DNA from: Chthonomonadales bacterium
GTDB taxonomy: Bacteria; Armatimonadota; Chthonomonadetes; Chthonomonadales; CAJBBX01
Length of the DNA stretch: 64,000 bases
Reading direction: 5' to 3'
Assembly (NCBI GenBank): GCA_037443035.1
Contig: JBBIPC010000012.1
Coordinates: 1-64,000, forward strand
The translations under genes were made by a program, and so were the position numbers. The notes under the pieces were generated by a model that saw nothing but the letters and a program-made list of their open reading frames with translations, made no database searches and had not been told where the DNA came from. Of the stretch, positions 9,443-20,220 are shown in pieces (within the stretch, counting starts at the first letter, position 1; each line of letters begins with the position of its first letter).

Positions 9443-9471
9443 ATTATAGGGTCCGCCCAGCGGAATGTCAA
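9443..9471 (-). promoter_or_regulatory. Consensus sigma70 promoter of the polysaccharide operon
   Basis: Minus strand TTGACA (9471-9466), 17 nt, TATAAT (9448-9443). Confidence 0.8.
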
Positions 9472-9584
9472 GGCTACGTGCTCGCATGCTTCCAGCACCG
9501 CGGCCGTCAGCTTGTACTTGTCCTAAGGCCATACGAGCGCGCGGCGTGCGCTGCTCCGCGAACGCGTCAGTGCTCGCGCGTCCG

Positions 9585-10112
9585 TCACGGTGGGGACAGG
9601 ATGTCGGTGAACACACCGGCGTCAGCGTACGGCGCAAGTCGCTGGCCACTCGAGAGCAGCTGCGATGCCACGTCTCTTGCGCTGCGACCATCCGAGCTAC
9701 GGAGCCATGGAAGGAGTTCAGCCAAAGGAACCAGGACGAATGCACGCTGCCACATCCGCGGGTGCGGAACAGTCAGCTCTGGAGAGGTCAGGGCAATACT
9801 ATCGTATAGCAGTATGTCCAGGTCCAGCGTTCGAGGCTGCCAGCCTTGCGTTGCCGAGCGACCTCGAACACTCTCGACGTGCTGGCAAATTGCCAGCAGG
9901 GCTTCGGCGTCCAAGCAAGTTCGTACCTCGACAACGCAGTTCAAGAACGGCGGCTGAGGACCGTGGTCGTCGCCGACATACTCTGACTCGTACACCGTCG
10001 AAGCTCGCGCAATCTCCAGGCCAGCCCGTCGCATGGCACAAAGCCCCGCGCGGAGGTGCCCCATACGGTCTCCGAGATTCGATCCCATGCCGATATAAGC
10101 GGTATGATGCAC
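9585..10112 (-). CDS. folK: 2-amino-4-hydroxy-6-hydroxymethyldihydropteridine diphosphokinase
   Basis: AYIGMGSNLGDR, FLNCVV, PRTLDLDIL and LTVPHPRM..RAFVLVPL motifs. Confidence 0.95.
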   Translation of the reverse strand: MHHTAYIGMGSNLGDRMGHLRAGLCAMRRAGLEIARASTVYESEYVGDDHGPQPPFLNCVVEVRTCLDAEALLAICQHVESVRGRSATQGWQPRTLDLDILLYDSIALTSPELTVPHPRMWQRAFVLVPLAELLPWLRSSDGRSARDVASQLLSSGQRLAPYADAGVFTDILSPP

Positions 10113-10187
10113 TTTGAACTGATGAGCGAGCCATCTGCCAGCGCCCGTCGTGAGGCAGCGATGGCTTTGGCATGAGGAAGGTACCCT

Positions 10188-11297
10188 ATGAACAAGCTCG
10201 CAGCGTTCCTGATCGGTCTAGCAGTGGGGCTTGCCCTGCTGCTCACGAACGTCCGGATCAGCTGGAACCCATTGTCTGGCATGGCCCAATCTCCGGCTGG
10301 ACTGGGCGTGAGACCAGCGGAACCGGCGAAGGAGCTAGCACCCACCGAGATTTATGCCCGCGCCGCCCAGGCAGTGTATCGCTCAGTGGTGAACATCGAT
10401 CTCACACAACGCATACGCGTTGGCGATTTCTTCGACGACTTCTTCTACGGCGGACCAAGGTACCGCGAGGCGCAGAGCCATGGCTCTGGTGTGATCATCA
10501 CGCGAGATGGGTACATCCTGACGAACCAGCACGTGGTGGGCGACGTGGGGGAATCGGGCCGCAAGATCACGGTGTCTCTCACAGACGGTCGCCGCATGCC
10601 AGGAGTGGTCGTGGGTGCGGACCACCAAACCGACGTTGCCCTGGTGAAGGTCGAGCAGCAGAACCTACCGGCCGCGCCTGTTGGCACAGTGCGCGGTCTC
10701 GTTCCCGGACAGATGGTGGTCGCCATTGGCAACCCATTGGATCTACGCTTCACGGTCACGAACGGGGTGGTGAGCGCCCTCAACCGTCCTATTCAGGTCG
10801 AAGATCGGCTCTATTCGGATCTCATCCAACACGATGCCCTCATCAATCCCGGCAATTCCGGAGGTCCATTGGTGAACATGGCTGGCCAGGTCGTCGGCAT
10901 TAACACGCTCATCCGCCCGGATGCCCAGGGCATTGGTTTCGCCATTCCCATAGACACAGCTCTCAGCGTTGCCGACGAGCTGAAGCGCTACGGCAAGGTC
11001 AAGCGACCATGGCTAGGCGTGGTCGTGAGCACAAACAATGCCTATTACGTGCGACGCTATGGTCTTCCCGATGTGGAAGGCGTTGTCGTCCGAGGTCTCT
11101 ACCGGAGTGGCCCTGCGGCTCAAGCCGGCATCGAGGCGGGGGATGTCATCACGAAGGTCGGCAATCGTACCGTGAAAACCGAGGAGGATTTCAAGGCCGC
11201 TGAACGATCGCTCCGCATCGGCTCGTCCGTCGAGATCGAGTGGCACACGACGGAAGGGGTGACACGCCGCCGCGTGACTGTGGGTGAAGCCCCATGA
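10188..11297 (+). CDS. HtrA/DegQ-type serine protease with one PDZ domain
   Basis: TNQHV (His), TDVA (Asp), INPGNSGGPL (Ser), GIGFAIP and a C-terminal PDZ. Confidence 0.93.
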   Translation: MNKLAAFLIGLAVGLALLLTNVRISWNPLSGMAQSPAGLGVRPAEPAKELAPTEIYARAAQAVYRSVVNIDLTQRIRVGDFFDDFFYGGPRYREAQSHGSGVIITRDGYILTNQHVVGDVGESGRKITVSLTDGRRMPGVVVGADHQTDVALVKVEQQNLPAAPVGTVRGLVPGQMVVAIGNPLDLRFTVTNGVVSALNRPIQVEDRLYSDLIQHDALINPGNSGGPLVNMAGQVVGINTLIRPDAQGIGFAIPIDTALSVADELKRYGKVKRPWLGVVVSTNNAYYVRRYGLPDVEGVVVRGLYRSGPAAQAGIEAGDVITKVGNRTVKTEEDFKAAERSLRIGSSVEIEWHTTEGVTRRRVTVGEAP

Positions 11298-11341
11298 GTC
11301 AAGCATGAGGTACAATCCTCGTGATTACGGTCCGGTCCTGA

Positions 11342-12313
<972 letters not shown>

Positions 12314-12454
12314 AGGGGGTTCCAGACTCCAGTGGACATCACGAGGCGGGCACAACCCCGCCTCGCGTCATTCCGGTAGGAGACCCGGCGCTTCGCGGGG
12401 AATCTCTGCGCGTAGGCGACGAAAGCCCCACGAAACGAAGGAGGACGCCTCCCC

Positions 12455-13270
12455 ATGAAGATTGGAGTGAATCGATGGACCATGCCGGCCGATTGGACGC
12501 TAGCAGAGTGTTTCGAGGCAGCTCGACTTGCCGGCTTCGACAGTATCGAGATCAATCTGGGTGAGAACGGCGAGCTGACACCCGACACCACAGAATCAGA
12601 GGCGCGCAAGATAGCCGAGAGCGCACGCCAGTGCGGCATCGAGTTGTCCAGTCTGTCCACCGGTCTCGGCTGGAGCTACCCACTGACGGACCCGGATGCG
12701 GCCAAACGGCGCAGGGCTCTGGAACTGACCGAAGCGCAAATCCGCATAGCGCGTTGGCTGGACACCGACGCGATCCTATGCGTGCCTGGGCTCGTAACTC
12801 CCGACGTGCCGTACGACGTGGCCTACGACCGGGCGCAAGCAGCGCTGCGGGACCTGGTGCCGATTGCCGCCGGGCATCGTGTCATCATTGGCGTTGAAAA
12901 CGTGTGGAACAAGTTCCTCCTCTCTCCCCTGGAGATGGCTAAGTTCGTGGATGAACTGGCAAGTCCGTGGGTCCAGGTGTACTTCGACGTGGGCAATGTG
13001 CTCGTTTTCGGCTATCCCCAACACTGGATACGCATCCTGGGTCAAAGAATCAAGAAGGTCCACGTCAAGGACTTTCGGAGTAGCATCGGCAACATCCGAG
13101 GATTCGCGAACCTGCTCCAGGGCGACGTCCCATGGCAAGCGGTACGGGAGGCGCTCGCAGCAACTGGCTACGACGATGTCGTGACGGCAGAAGTCGAAGG
13201 CTACCCGGCCAACCCCATGCTTGGCCTGCGCCATATTGCCGACTGTCTTCGCGAGGTGTTTGCGCCATAG
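12455..13270 (+). CDS. Sugar phosphate isomerase/epimerase (xylose-isomerase-like TIM barrel)
   Basis: AGFDSIE, ENVWNKFLLSP, YFDVGN and VHVKDF motifs. Confidence 0.88.
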   Translation: MKIGVNRWTMPADWTLAECFEAARLAGFDSIEINLGENGELTPDTTESEARKIAESARQCGIELSSLSTGLGWSYPLTDPDAAKRRRALELTEAQIRIARWLDTDAILCVPGLVTPDVPYDVAYDRAQAALRDLVPIAAGHRVIIGVENVWNKFLLSPLEMAKFVDELASPWVQVYFDVGNVLVFGYPQHWIRILGQRIKKVHVKDFRSSIGNIRGFANLLQGDVPWQAVREALAATGYDDVVTAEVEGYPANPMLGLRHIADCLREVFAP

Positions 13271-13308
13271 GTCCCATCGGTGCTATCATTGTTCCTGTCA
13301 CAGTGCAC

Positions 13309-13450
13309 GAAGGGGAGTAGCCGTTCCGAGCATTCGGGATGAGTGCGCCGTCAACACGGAGCCGTAGTGCTCCCGGCGCCTCTGGGCTCCAGGTTGGCAG
13401 GCCGGTTCGACTTCTGGCCAAGACAATCTGAGATAGCGTGCGAGACCTTC
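13309..13450 (+). ncRNA. yybP-ykoY manganese riboswitch aptamer
   Basis: GAAGGGGAGTAGC ... CGTCAACAC ... GCGAGACCTTC matches the family pattern. It lies 5' of a TerC/Alx gene, with an extended -10-like TGCTATCAT at 13281-13289. Confidence 0.85.
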
Positions 13451-13491
13451 GGTCGGGAGCCGGATTCTGTCTCCCGACCGGAGGTCTTTTT
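13443..13491 (+). terminator. Intrinsic terminator forming the riboswitch expression platform
   Basis: 17-bp stem AGACCTTCGGTCGGGAG / CTCCCGACCGGAGGTCT followed by a T tract; it overlaps the 3' strand of the aptamer P1. Confidence 0.85.
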
Positions 13492-13526
13492 CGTGCACCG
13501 CCAGATTCGGATCAGGGGGAAGTCCG

Positions 13527-14522
13527 TTGAGAGGCTCTCTGGGTTGGGCTCTATTCGCAGGTCTTGTGATTGCGGCGCTCGCTGCTGACTTGGGACTCTT
13601 CAACAGACGTGCGCACGAGCCCAGGTTCCGCGAGGCGCTGGGCTGGGCTATCGGTTGGATATCGCTTGCATGTCTGTTCGGAGGCTGGGTCTTCGTGCGT
13701 CGTGGAACGGAGGTTGCAGTCCAGTTCGCCACCGGTTACCTCATCGAACTGTCATTGTCGGTTGACAATGTCTTTCTCTTCGCGGTCATCTTTCGCCAGT
13801 TCGCTGTCTCGAAGCGGTATCAGCATCGGGTGCTCTATTGGGGCATCCTCGGAGCCATTGTCATGCGCGGTGTGATGATCGCTGCCGGCACCGCTCTCAT
13901 CGCACGGTTTCACTGGGTCACCTTCGTGTTCGGAGCGTTCCTGATCCTGACAGGCATTCGAATGTTCCTGCACAGGGATCGGGAAGTGGGTGTGGCCGAT
14001 ATGGTCGTCGTCCGGTGGCTGCAGCGGCACCTTCGCCTCAGCCCACACTATGACGGACAGCGCTTCTTCACCAGGATCGGCGGCATTCGTTACGCCACGC
14101 CTATGCTACTCGTGCTGGTGGTCATCGAAATAACCGACCTTGTCTTCGCTGTGGACAGCATTCCGGCGGTGCTAGCCATCAGCCGGGATCCCTTCATCGT
14201 CTTTACGTCTAATGTCTTCGCGATACTGGGGCTCAGGTCGTTCTACTTCCTGCTCGCGGGGGCGATCGGAGTGTTCCATTACCTCTCCATCGGGCTGTCC
14301 GTCGTGCTTGTCTATGTCGGTTTCAAGATGCTAGGGATAGTCGCGGTACCGACCTCCGTCTCGCTCGGCATCATCTCGCTTATGCTGGCAGCGTCCGTTG
14401 CGGCATCGCTGCTCTGGCCACCGAAGCCAGTATCCCCTGAACCTCAGGGCCGACTTGCCGCGGAGCTGCACCTGGAAAGCGCTACGGCGCTCGATGAGGA
14501 GTCCGCCGATCCCTCATGCTGA
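13527..14522 (+). CDS. TerC/Alx family membrane protein (probable Mn2+ efflux)
   Basis: YLIELSLSVDNVF, QHRVLYWGILGA, TDLVFAVDSIPA and SNVFAILGLRS motifs. Confidence 0.93.
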   Translation: MRGSLGWALFAGLVIAALAADLGLFNRRAHEPRFREALGWAIGWISLACLFGGWVFVRRGTEVAVQFATGYLIELSLSVDNVFLFAVIFRQFAVSKRYQHRVLYWGILGAIVMRGVMIAAGTALIARFHWVTFVFGAFLILTGIRMFLHRDREVGVADMVVVRWLQRHLRLSPHYDGQRFFTRIGGIRYATPMLLVLVVIEITDLVFAVDSIPAVLAISRDPFIVFTSNVFAILGLRSFYFLLAGAIGVFHYLSIGLSVVLVYVGFKMLGIVAVPTSVSLGIISLMLAASVAASLLWPPKPVSPEPQGRLAAELHLESATALDEESADPSC

Positions 14523-15872
14523 CAATCGCGTCGCCCCCTCGCGCGGGTGGATCGCCGTTAGAGCAATGACCCAAGCCACCAAGAGCATGCCCGCACACCC
14601 GATGAACGGCGCGTAGTGCCCGTTCAGCCACGGCATACCTGGTATCTGGAAACGCACTCGTTCGTACAGGGCCCCGCCGATCGGCACACCCACGAGCGCA
14701 CCGGCTCCCTGCGCTGTGCCCACAGCCCCGACGATGGCACCCCGTTGCCCGGGATCACAGGACTCGGCGATATAGGCCATCCACGACGGAAACGCAATGA
14801 CGAAGCCCACGCCAATAACGGCACCACCGAGCATGAGTGCCCAATGACCGGGTGTCAGGATAACCGCCCACATCGAGAGGGCGCACATTCCAATTCCGAT
14901 GCGGACCGCGCGCGCTCGGCCGATGCGGTCCCCTATGCTCCCCAGTGGTACCGAGACCAGAGCAATGACCAGGCACGGCACGAGCAGGAGCGTGCCGAAC
15001 GCAGACTCGGAAAGGCCGAACTCGTCCATCGCGAAAAGCTTGACGAGAAACATGACAAGGCCCACGCCAAAAAAGGTGACGAATGCCATGGCCAGCATCG
15101 CCGGTGACCTGCGCAGGGCCGTGACGATCGCCCCTAAGGAATGCTGCTCGCCTGTCTCCGCGCCCGTGCGCTTGTGATGCGGGGGAATGGCTGGTATGCG
15201 CAACCAAGCCGCTGCGGCCGTGACCAGAAAAAGGAAGCTTATCAAGTAGAAGGACGCCTGCCTCGGATCCAGCACCGTCACGTGCACATGACGCGCCACG
15301 GCATCCGGCGAATGGGCGGCCACGTACCGCGGTAGTTTCTCGGTAACGACTGCAGTGATATCATTGGCCGCACCTCCAAGTGCCGGTCCCAGAGCGACGC
15401 CCACGAGGTACGTAACGTTGAACATACTGATGGCCTGGGAGCGACGATCCTCCCTTACCACGTCCGCCATCATGGCCAGCGCGGCCGGCCACAGAGCGGC
15501 GGCCCCCAGTCCGTCCAGCACGCGCAGCACCACGAAAAAGTACCATTGCTCCCGTCGGACCATGAGCGTCAGCAGGGCAGTCAGGACGCTGATCAGTGGT
15601 CCCGCGATAATCAATCGCTTCCGCCCGATTCGATCGCCGATGATACCGAACGGCCCCTTCATGAGACCTTCGCAAAGGAGAAATGCCGCGCCAATGGCCG
15701 TGACCGACGTCTCGCCGTACCCCATGCTGTACTTTAGGTACACCGGCATGGCCGAAACGTTCATCATGGCGTACGCCAGCTCGGCGAAACCGGACACCAG
15801 CGCGATCGAAAGCACAGTGCTACGCGCGCTGGGAGCGAGTTCACGACCCGTGTCGGGTGGCTGATCCGTCAT
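14514..15872 (-). CDS. MFS transporter
   Basis: About 12 TM segments; motif A GIIGDRIGRKR is repeated as GSIGDRIGRAR; start inferred at ATG 15872. Confidence 0.88.
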   Translation of the reverse strand: MTDQPPDTGRELAPSARSTVLSIALVSGFAELAYAMMNVSAMPVYLKYSMGYGETSVTAIGAAFLLCEGLMKGPFGIIGDRIGRKRLIIAGPLISVLTALLTLMVRREQWYFFVVLRVLDGLGAAALWPAALAMMADVVREDRRSQAISMFNVTYLVGVALGPALGGAANDITAVVTEKLPRYVAAHSPDAVARHVHVTVLDPRQASFYLISFLFLVTAAAAWLRIPAIPPHHKRTGAETGEQHSLGAIVTALRRSPAMLAMAFVTFFGVGLVMFLVKLFAMDEFGLSESAFGTLLLVPCLVIALVSVPLGSIGDRIGRARAVRIGIGMCALSMWAVILTPGHWALMLGGAVIGVGFVIAFPSWMAYIAESCDPGQRGAIVGAVGTAQGAGALVGVPIGGALYERVRFQIPGMPWLNGHYAPFIGCAGMLLVAWVIALTAIHPREGATRLSA

Positions 15873-16074
15873 TGTCTGCGTAGGTGACTCGGCGGTCGCA
15901 CAGGCGTCTGCCGAAGACGAGCAGCGACTCTTCAACTGCGCCGTAGCTACGAGACGACAGCGGCTTCGACCACTTGCAGCCCATGAGGCGCCTGCGGCAT
16001 TCCAACACTCCACGACCAAGAGGAGCCGCAGGCGCCACTGCTTATCTGCGCAACGCCTGAGTCAGGGCGGCCTC

Positions 16075-17127
16075 TCAGAGGATGGTTACCTCTTTGCCGG
16101 CCTCTGACGAAGCGTAGATGGCGTCCATGATCTGCGCAACGGCCAGGCCATGCTCGCCAGTAATCAGCGGCTCCGTATCGTTGAGAATGGCTTCGCAGAA
16201 GTGCTTCATCTCAGCAGCGTGGGTGTTTATATTCGGGTTGGGTATCTCCGGCTTGAACACCTGCAGCGAGCGATGCTGCTCCCGCACGATGGTCAGTGGG
16301 TGCGTGACTGCTCCACCTTCGGTACCACACAGCGTGCTGGTGAAGATGTCCTCGGGAATGTTGGCCACGAAGCTCGATTCGAGGGAGATCGTCGCACCGT
16401 TGTCGAAACGGATGAGGCCAATGGCGAAGTCTTCTACAGTGAAGTTCTTGTAATCCCACTGACCCATGAACCCCACGATGTCCGAGCGTCTGCCAAATTT
16501 GGCGTACGTCATGCCAGATGCCGCCACCGGCTTGGGGTGTCCCATGAGCCACAGCGTCAGATCGAGGATGTGGACTCCGATGTCTATCAGCGGACCGCCG
16601 CCCTGCTTGGACTTGTCTATGAACACACCCCAGCCGGGAATCCCCCGCCTGCGCAGAGCTTGCGCGCGCGCGAAGTAAATCTCCCCGAGGTCGCCCGCAT
16701 CGATGTAGGTCTTCAGGAGCTGGTTCGTCGGCGCGAAACGGCTGTTATAGCCCACCATGAACTTCTTGCCGGCCTCGTGACCAGCCGCCACCATCTCGGC
16801 GGCCTCCCTCGCGTTCATGGCGATAGGCTTCTCGCACAGGACGTGTTTGCCTGCCTTGAAGGCCTCGATGGTAGGCTCGTAATGGAGATAGTTCGGCGTG
16901 CACACGGATACGGCGTCAATCTCGTCCATCTCCAGCAGCTTCCGGTAGTCTGTGAAGACATGCTTCACATCGAACTTCTGCGCGGCGGCTCTAGCCGTTT
17001 CGGGGTTCACGTCGGCAACGGCGACGATCTCGCAAAGGTCGGGTATCGCTGCATAGCCAGGCATATGCGCGCCCTGAGCGATGCCACCTGACCCGATGAT
17101 ACCGATGCCGAGTTTCCTGTTAGCCAC
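16075..17127 (-). CDS. Gfo/Idh/MocA family oxidoreductase
   Basis: IGIIGSGGIA, HVLCEKP and GGGPLIDIGVH motifs; GTG start at 17127 with GGAGG RBS. Confidence 0.92.
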   Translation of the reverse strand: MANRKLGIGIIGSGGIAQGAHMPGYAAIPDLCEIVAVADVNPETARAAAQKFDVKHVFTDYRKLLEMDEIDAVSVCTPNYLHYEPTIEAFKAGKHVLCEKPIAMNAREAAEMVAAGHEAGKKFMVGYNSRFAPTNQLLKTYIDAGDLGEIYFARAQALRRRGIPGWGVFIDKSKQGGGPLIDIGVHILDLTLWLMGHPKPVAASGMTYAKFGRRSDIVGFMGQWDYKNFTVEDFAIGLIRFDNGATISLESSFVANIPEDIFTSTLCGTEGGAVTHPLTIVREQHRSLQVFKPEIPNPNINTHAAEMKHFCEAILNDTEPLITGEHGLAVAQIMDAIYASSEAGKEVTIL

Positions 17128-17238
17128 TGATCTCGTCCTCCCTCTGATACGTTCGCACCCTGACCCCCAACACACGACGGGGCGGTTCGACGACAAGATT
17201 GTACACCAAACATCGGGTCTCCCACTCCGCGCTGCGTC

Positions 17239-17820
17239 TTACACGAGATCGCAAGCCTCGGGCGGCATCCAGTGCGCCTCCTTGCCTTCCCACTTCACAT
17301 TGCATCCGATGGGATTGGTCAATGGCGTCGCGACCGGTCGGCCCGCCAGGACATCATCGAGAGCCGCCTCTAGGTCGTTCGTCGTTGCCTTCTCTGGCTC
17401 GCGCGGGTTATCGAGGGCGCGTCCTGTGTACACGAGTCGTCGGTTTCGGTCGAAGACAAAGAAGTGAGGCGTCCGCAGCGCTCCGTAGGCCAGAGCGACG
17501 CGCTGACTCTCGTCGCGCAAGTACACCCAGGGGAATTTCTTCTCGTCCATACGCTCGATCATCTTGGCGAAGGAATCCTCAGCGTACGTCAGGACGCTGT
17601 TGGAGTTGATGCCGACGAACCGGACGCCTCGTGGAGCGTACTTCTCGGCCGTCCGTCTCGTGATCTCGTCGGAGCCTAGGACGTAGGGACAGTGATTGCA
17701 GGTGAAGAAGATGACAAGTACGTCGGCATCGTCGAAGTCTTGGAGAGAGTAGCACTTGCCGTCCGTAGCCGGCAAAGCGAAGTCTGGCGCTGTCGCACCG
17801 AGTGGTAGAGTAAAGGCCAT
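17239..17820 (-). CDS. Thioredoxin-fold (AhpC/TSA) family protein
   Basis: [23 protein letters not shown] and IGCNVKW motifs. Confidence 0.9.
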   Translation of the reverse strand: MAFTLPLGATAPDFALPATDGKCYSLQDFDDADVLVIFFTCNHCPYVLGSDEITRRTAEKYAPRGVRFVGINSNSVLTYAEDSFAKMIERMDEKKFPWVYLRDESQRVALAYGALRTPHFFVFDRNRRLVYTGRALDNPREPEKATTNDLEAALDDVLAGRPVATPLTNPIGCNVKWEGKEAHWMPPEACDLV

Positions 17821-18009
17821 GGATCTTATCCCGACTGAGAGTAATCAGGCGACTGCCTGTTGGCAGAATCTACGCACTACCGACGAAGGCAGTTGCCGCA
17901 TGCGGCGAGGCCGCTTGCACTGAGGCGGTATGCCATTGGTAAGGAACTCCATAGCGCCTGGATCGCAGCCGTTCCACCGGCTGCCCAGGTCCTCCAGGAA
18001 AGGTGCAAT

Positions 18010-19449
18010 GTGAGGCACAAGCCTGTTCCGATCATCGCAGGTCTCCTGATCTTGGCGGTTGCAGGTCTCTTGCTGCCGCGCTTCTTCCCTCGAGACGAGA
18101 ACCCTGAGGGCCTTGTACGCGGGAGTGGAACGGTGGAGGCCACGGAAGTCGCTGTTAGCCCCAAGATAGGAGGCCGGTTGACCGAAGTACGCTTCCACGA
18201 GGGCGACCGTGTCCGCCAAGGCGACGTGGTTGCGCGGCTGGATACGGCTGAGCTAGATGCCCAGATCGCTCAAGCCGAAGCAGCTCTGAAGGCGGCCATG
18301 GCGCGCCTCGATGCCGCACGTAACGGATCCCGTCCCCAGCAGATCGCGGCAGCGCGCGCTGCCTTCGCTCAAGCCCAGGCTGCGGCAACTGGCGCACGCA
18401 AGAACCTGTCCCACGCCGAGTTGGCGTTCCGCCGGACGACGGAGTTGCGAGCTGCCTACGACTCTGCGCGCATGCGATCCAAGGCGGCCGAGGCACAGCT
18501 AGCCGATGCGCGAGAGGCCCTGGCCCTCGTCCGTGCAGGAGCGCGTAGCCAGCAGATAGACCAGGCGCGAGCGGCTGTGACGCAGGCCGAAGTAGCCCTC
18601 CGCAAGGCAGAGCTCGACAGGCAACGCACAGAAACCCTCTTCGAGGATGGTGCCGTCTCGGCACAGCAGCGGGATGCAGCTCACGCAGCCCGCGATGCCG
18701 CAGCAGCTCAGCTGGATCAGGCCAGAGCAGCGCTGGACAATCTTCTTGCCGGTGCACGACCTGAGGAGATTCGACGGGCCGAACTGGGCGTTAGGCAGGC
18801 TCAGGCGAATCTGGATGCCGCACGCCTCGCCGAGGAGGCTGCCCGGGAGGCTCTGACCGACCGCCTCGTAGCCGCCACGAACCTGGATGCGGCGCGCACC
18901 GCTGTGCGGAGTGCAGACGCCCAGGTGCGAGCAGCACGCGCTCAGCTCGATCTCCTCCTGGAGGGTACGCGTCCGGAGGATGTGCGCGCTGCACTCCAAC
19001 AGGCTCGGCAGGCGCAGGCCACGCTCCGTCTTGCACGGAGCCAGCGCGCGAACGCTGTCGTGATCGCTCCCTGCGACGGAGTTGTCAAGGCGCGGACCGC
19101 AGAGCCAGGCGAAGTCGTTGTCGCAGGCAGCCCCGTCCTCGTCCTCGTGGACACCGCAAGCCCGTGGCTTCGAGTCTATGTTCCGGAGTCGCGCTACGGC
19201 CTTATCCGACTCGGCGACAGAGCTGACGTTACAGTGGACAGCTTCCCAGGTGTTGTGTTCAACGGAACTGTCATGGAAGTCGCGTCGGAGGCCGAGTTTA
19301 CACCCAAGAACGTACAATCCTACGAGGAACGTGTCAAGCTGGTTTTCGGTGTGAAAATCGATCTCAGGAGCGCCGGCGACCGGCTCCGACCAGGCATGCC
19401 CGCCGATGCTGTAATCCACGTGAGCGGATCTCTCACCGGGCGACGCTAG
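18010..19449 (+). CDS. HlyD family periplasmic adaptor (YbhG-like)
   Basis: N-terminal TM, GTVEATEV, long Ala/Gln coiled-coil and EAEFTPKNVQ motif; GTG start at 18010 inferred. Confidence 0.9.
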   Translation: MRHKPVPIIAGLLILAVAGLLLPRFFPRDENPEGLVRGSGTVEATEVAVSPKIGGRLTEVRFHEGDRVRQGDVVARLDTAELDAQIAQAEAALKAAMARLDAARNGSRPQQIAAARAAFAQAQAAATGARKNLSHAELAFRRTTELRAAYDSARMRSKAAEAQLADAREALALVRAGARSQQIDQARAAVTQAEVALRKAELDRQRTETLFEDGAVSAQQRDAAHAARDAAAAQLDQARAALDNLLAGARPEEIRRAELGVRQAQANLDAARLAEEAAREALTDRLVAATNLDAARTAVRSADAQVRAARAQLDLLLEGTRPEDVRAALQQARQAQATLRLARSQRANAVVIAPCDGVVKARTAEPGEVVVAGSPVLVLVDTASPWLRVYVPESRYGLIRLGDRADVTVDSFPGVVFNGTVMEVASEAEFTPKNVQSYEERVKLVFGVKIDLRSAGDRLRPGMPADAVIHVSGSLTGRR

Positions 19450-19470
19450 GTACTGCGCAGAGGGTTCCCT

Positions 19471-20220
19471 GTGGACTGGGTGGTCGAGTGCCAGAACCTC
19501 ACCAAGCGCTTCGGCGACAAGACCGTCGTGGATAATCTTAGCCTCCAGGTCGCTCGGGGCGAGGTCTTCGGTGTGCTCGGTCCGGACGGAGCTGGCAAGA
19601 CGACTACCTTCCGCATGGTCATCGGCATAGTGGACCCAACCGCCGGCGCAGCCCGCGTGCTCGGCTTCGATACGCGAACCCAGACGCAGGTCGTTCGGGA
19701 GAGGATTGGCTACGTCTCTCAGCGCTTCAGCCTTTACGGCGACCTCACAATAGCAGAAAACGTTGACTTCTTTGCGGACCTCTATCAGGTCCCGCCTTCC
19801 GACCGGATAGAGCGCTCACGGCGACTGCTGGAGGCTAGCCGACTGACCGGGTTCGAAGACCGGCTGGCGCGTGACCTGTCCGGTGGAATGAAACAGAAGC
19901 TCGCCCTGACGTGCGCATTGATCCACACTCCTGAGGTCCTCTTCCTCGACGAACCCACGACAGGTGTAGATCCTGTGAGTCGGCGCGAGTTCTGGGACAT
20001 CCTGTATCGACTGGTCGGCCAAGGTATGACTCTCGTCGTGAGCACGCCTTTCATGGACGAAGCCGTGCGCTGCGACCGGGTTGCTCTCCTCCATCAGGGG
20101 CGTCTGCTCGCCTGCGGAACCCCGGATTCCCTCGCCAAAGGCCGAGATGGCGATACAGCCAAAGGGCTTGAGCAGGCCTTCGTGGAGATGACGGGAAGCG
20201 CTGACCATGCCAGCGATTGA
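19471..20220 (+). CDS. ABC transporter ATP-binding protein (YbhF N-half-like)
   Basis: GPDGAGKT, LSGGMKQK and LDEPTTGVDP motifs. Confidence 0.92.
   Translation: MDWVVECQNLTKRFGDKTVVDNLSLQVARGEVFGVLGPDGAGKTTTFRMVIGIVDPTAGAARVLGFDTRTQTQVVRERIGYVSQRFSLYGDLTIAENVDFFADLYQVPPSDRIERSRRLLEASRLTGFEDRLARDLSGGMKQKLALTCALIHTPEVLFLDEPTTGVDPVSRREFWDILYRLVGQGMTLVVSTPFMDEAVRCDRVALLHQGRLLACGTPDSLAKGRDGDTAKGLEQAFVEMTGSADHASD

Noticed and set aside
12314..12454. Riboswitch between fba and the epimerase gene
   Set aside because: Hairpins are present (for example 12341-12369), but none matches an aptamer I recognise; probably a stabiliser or terminator.
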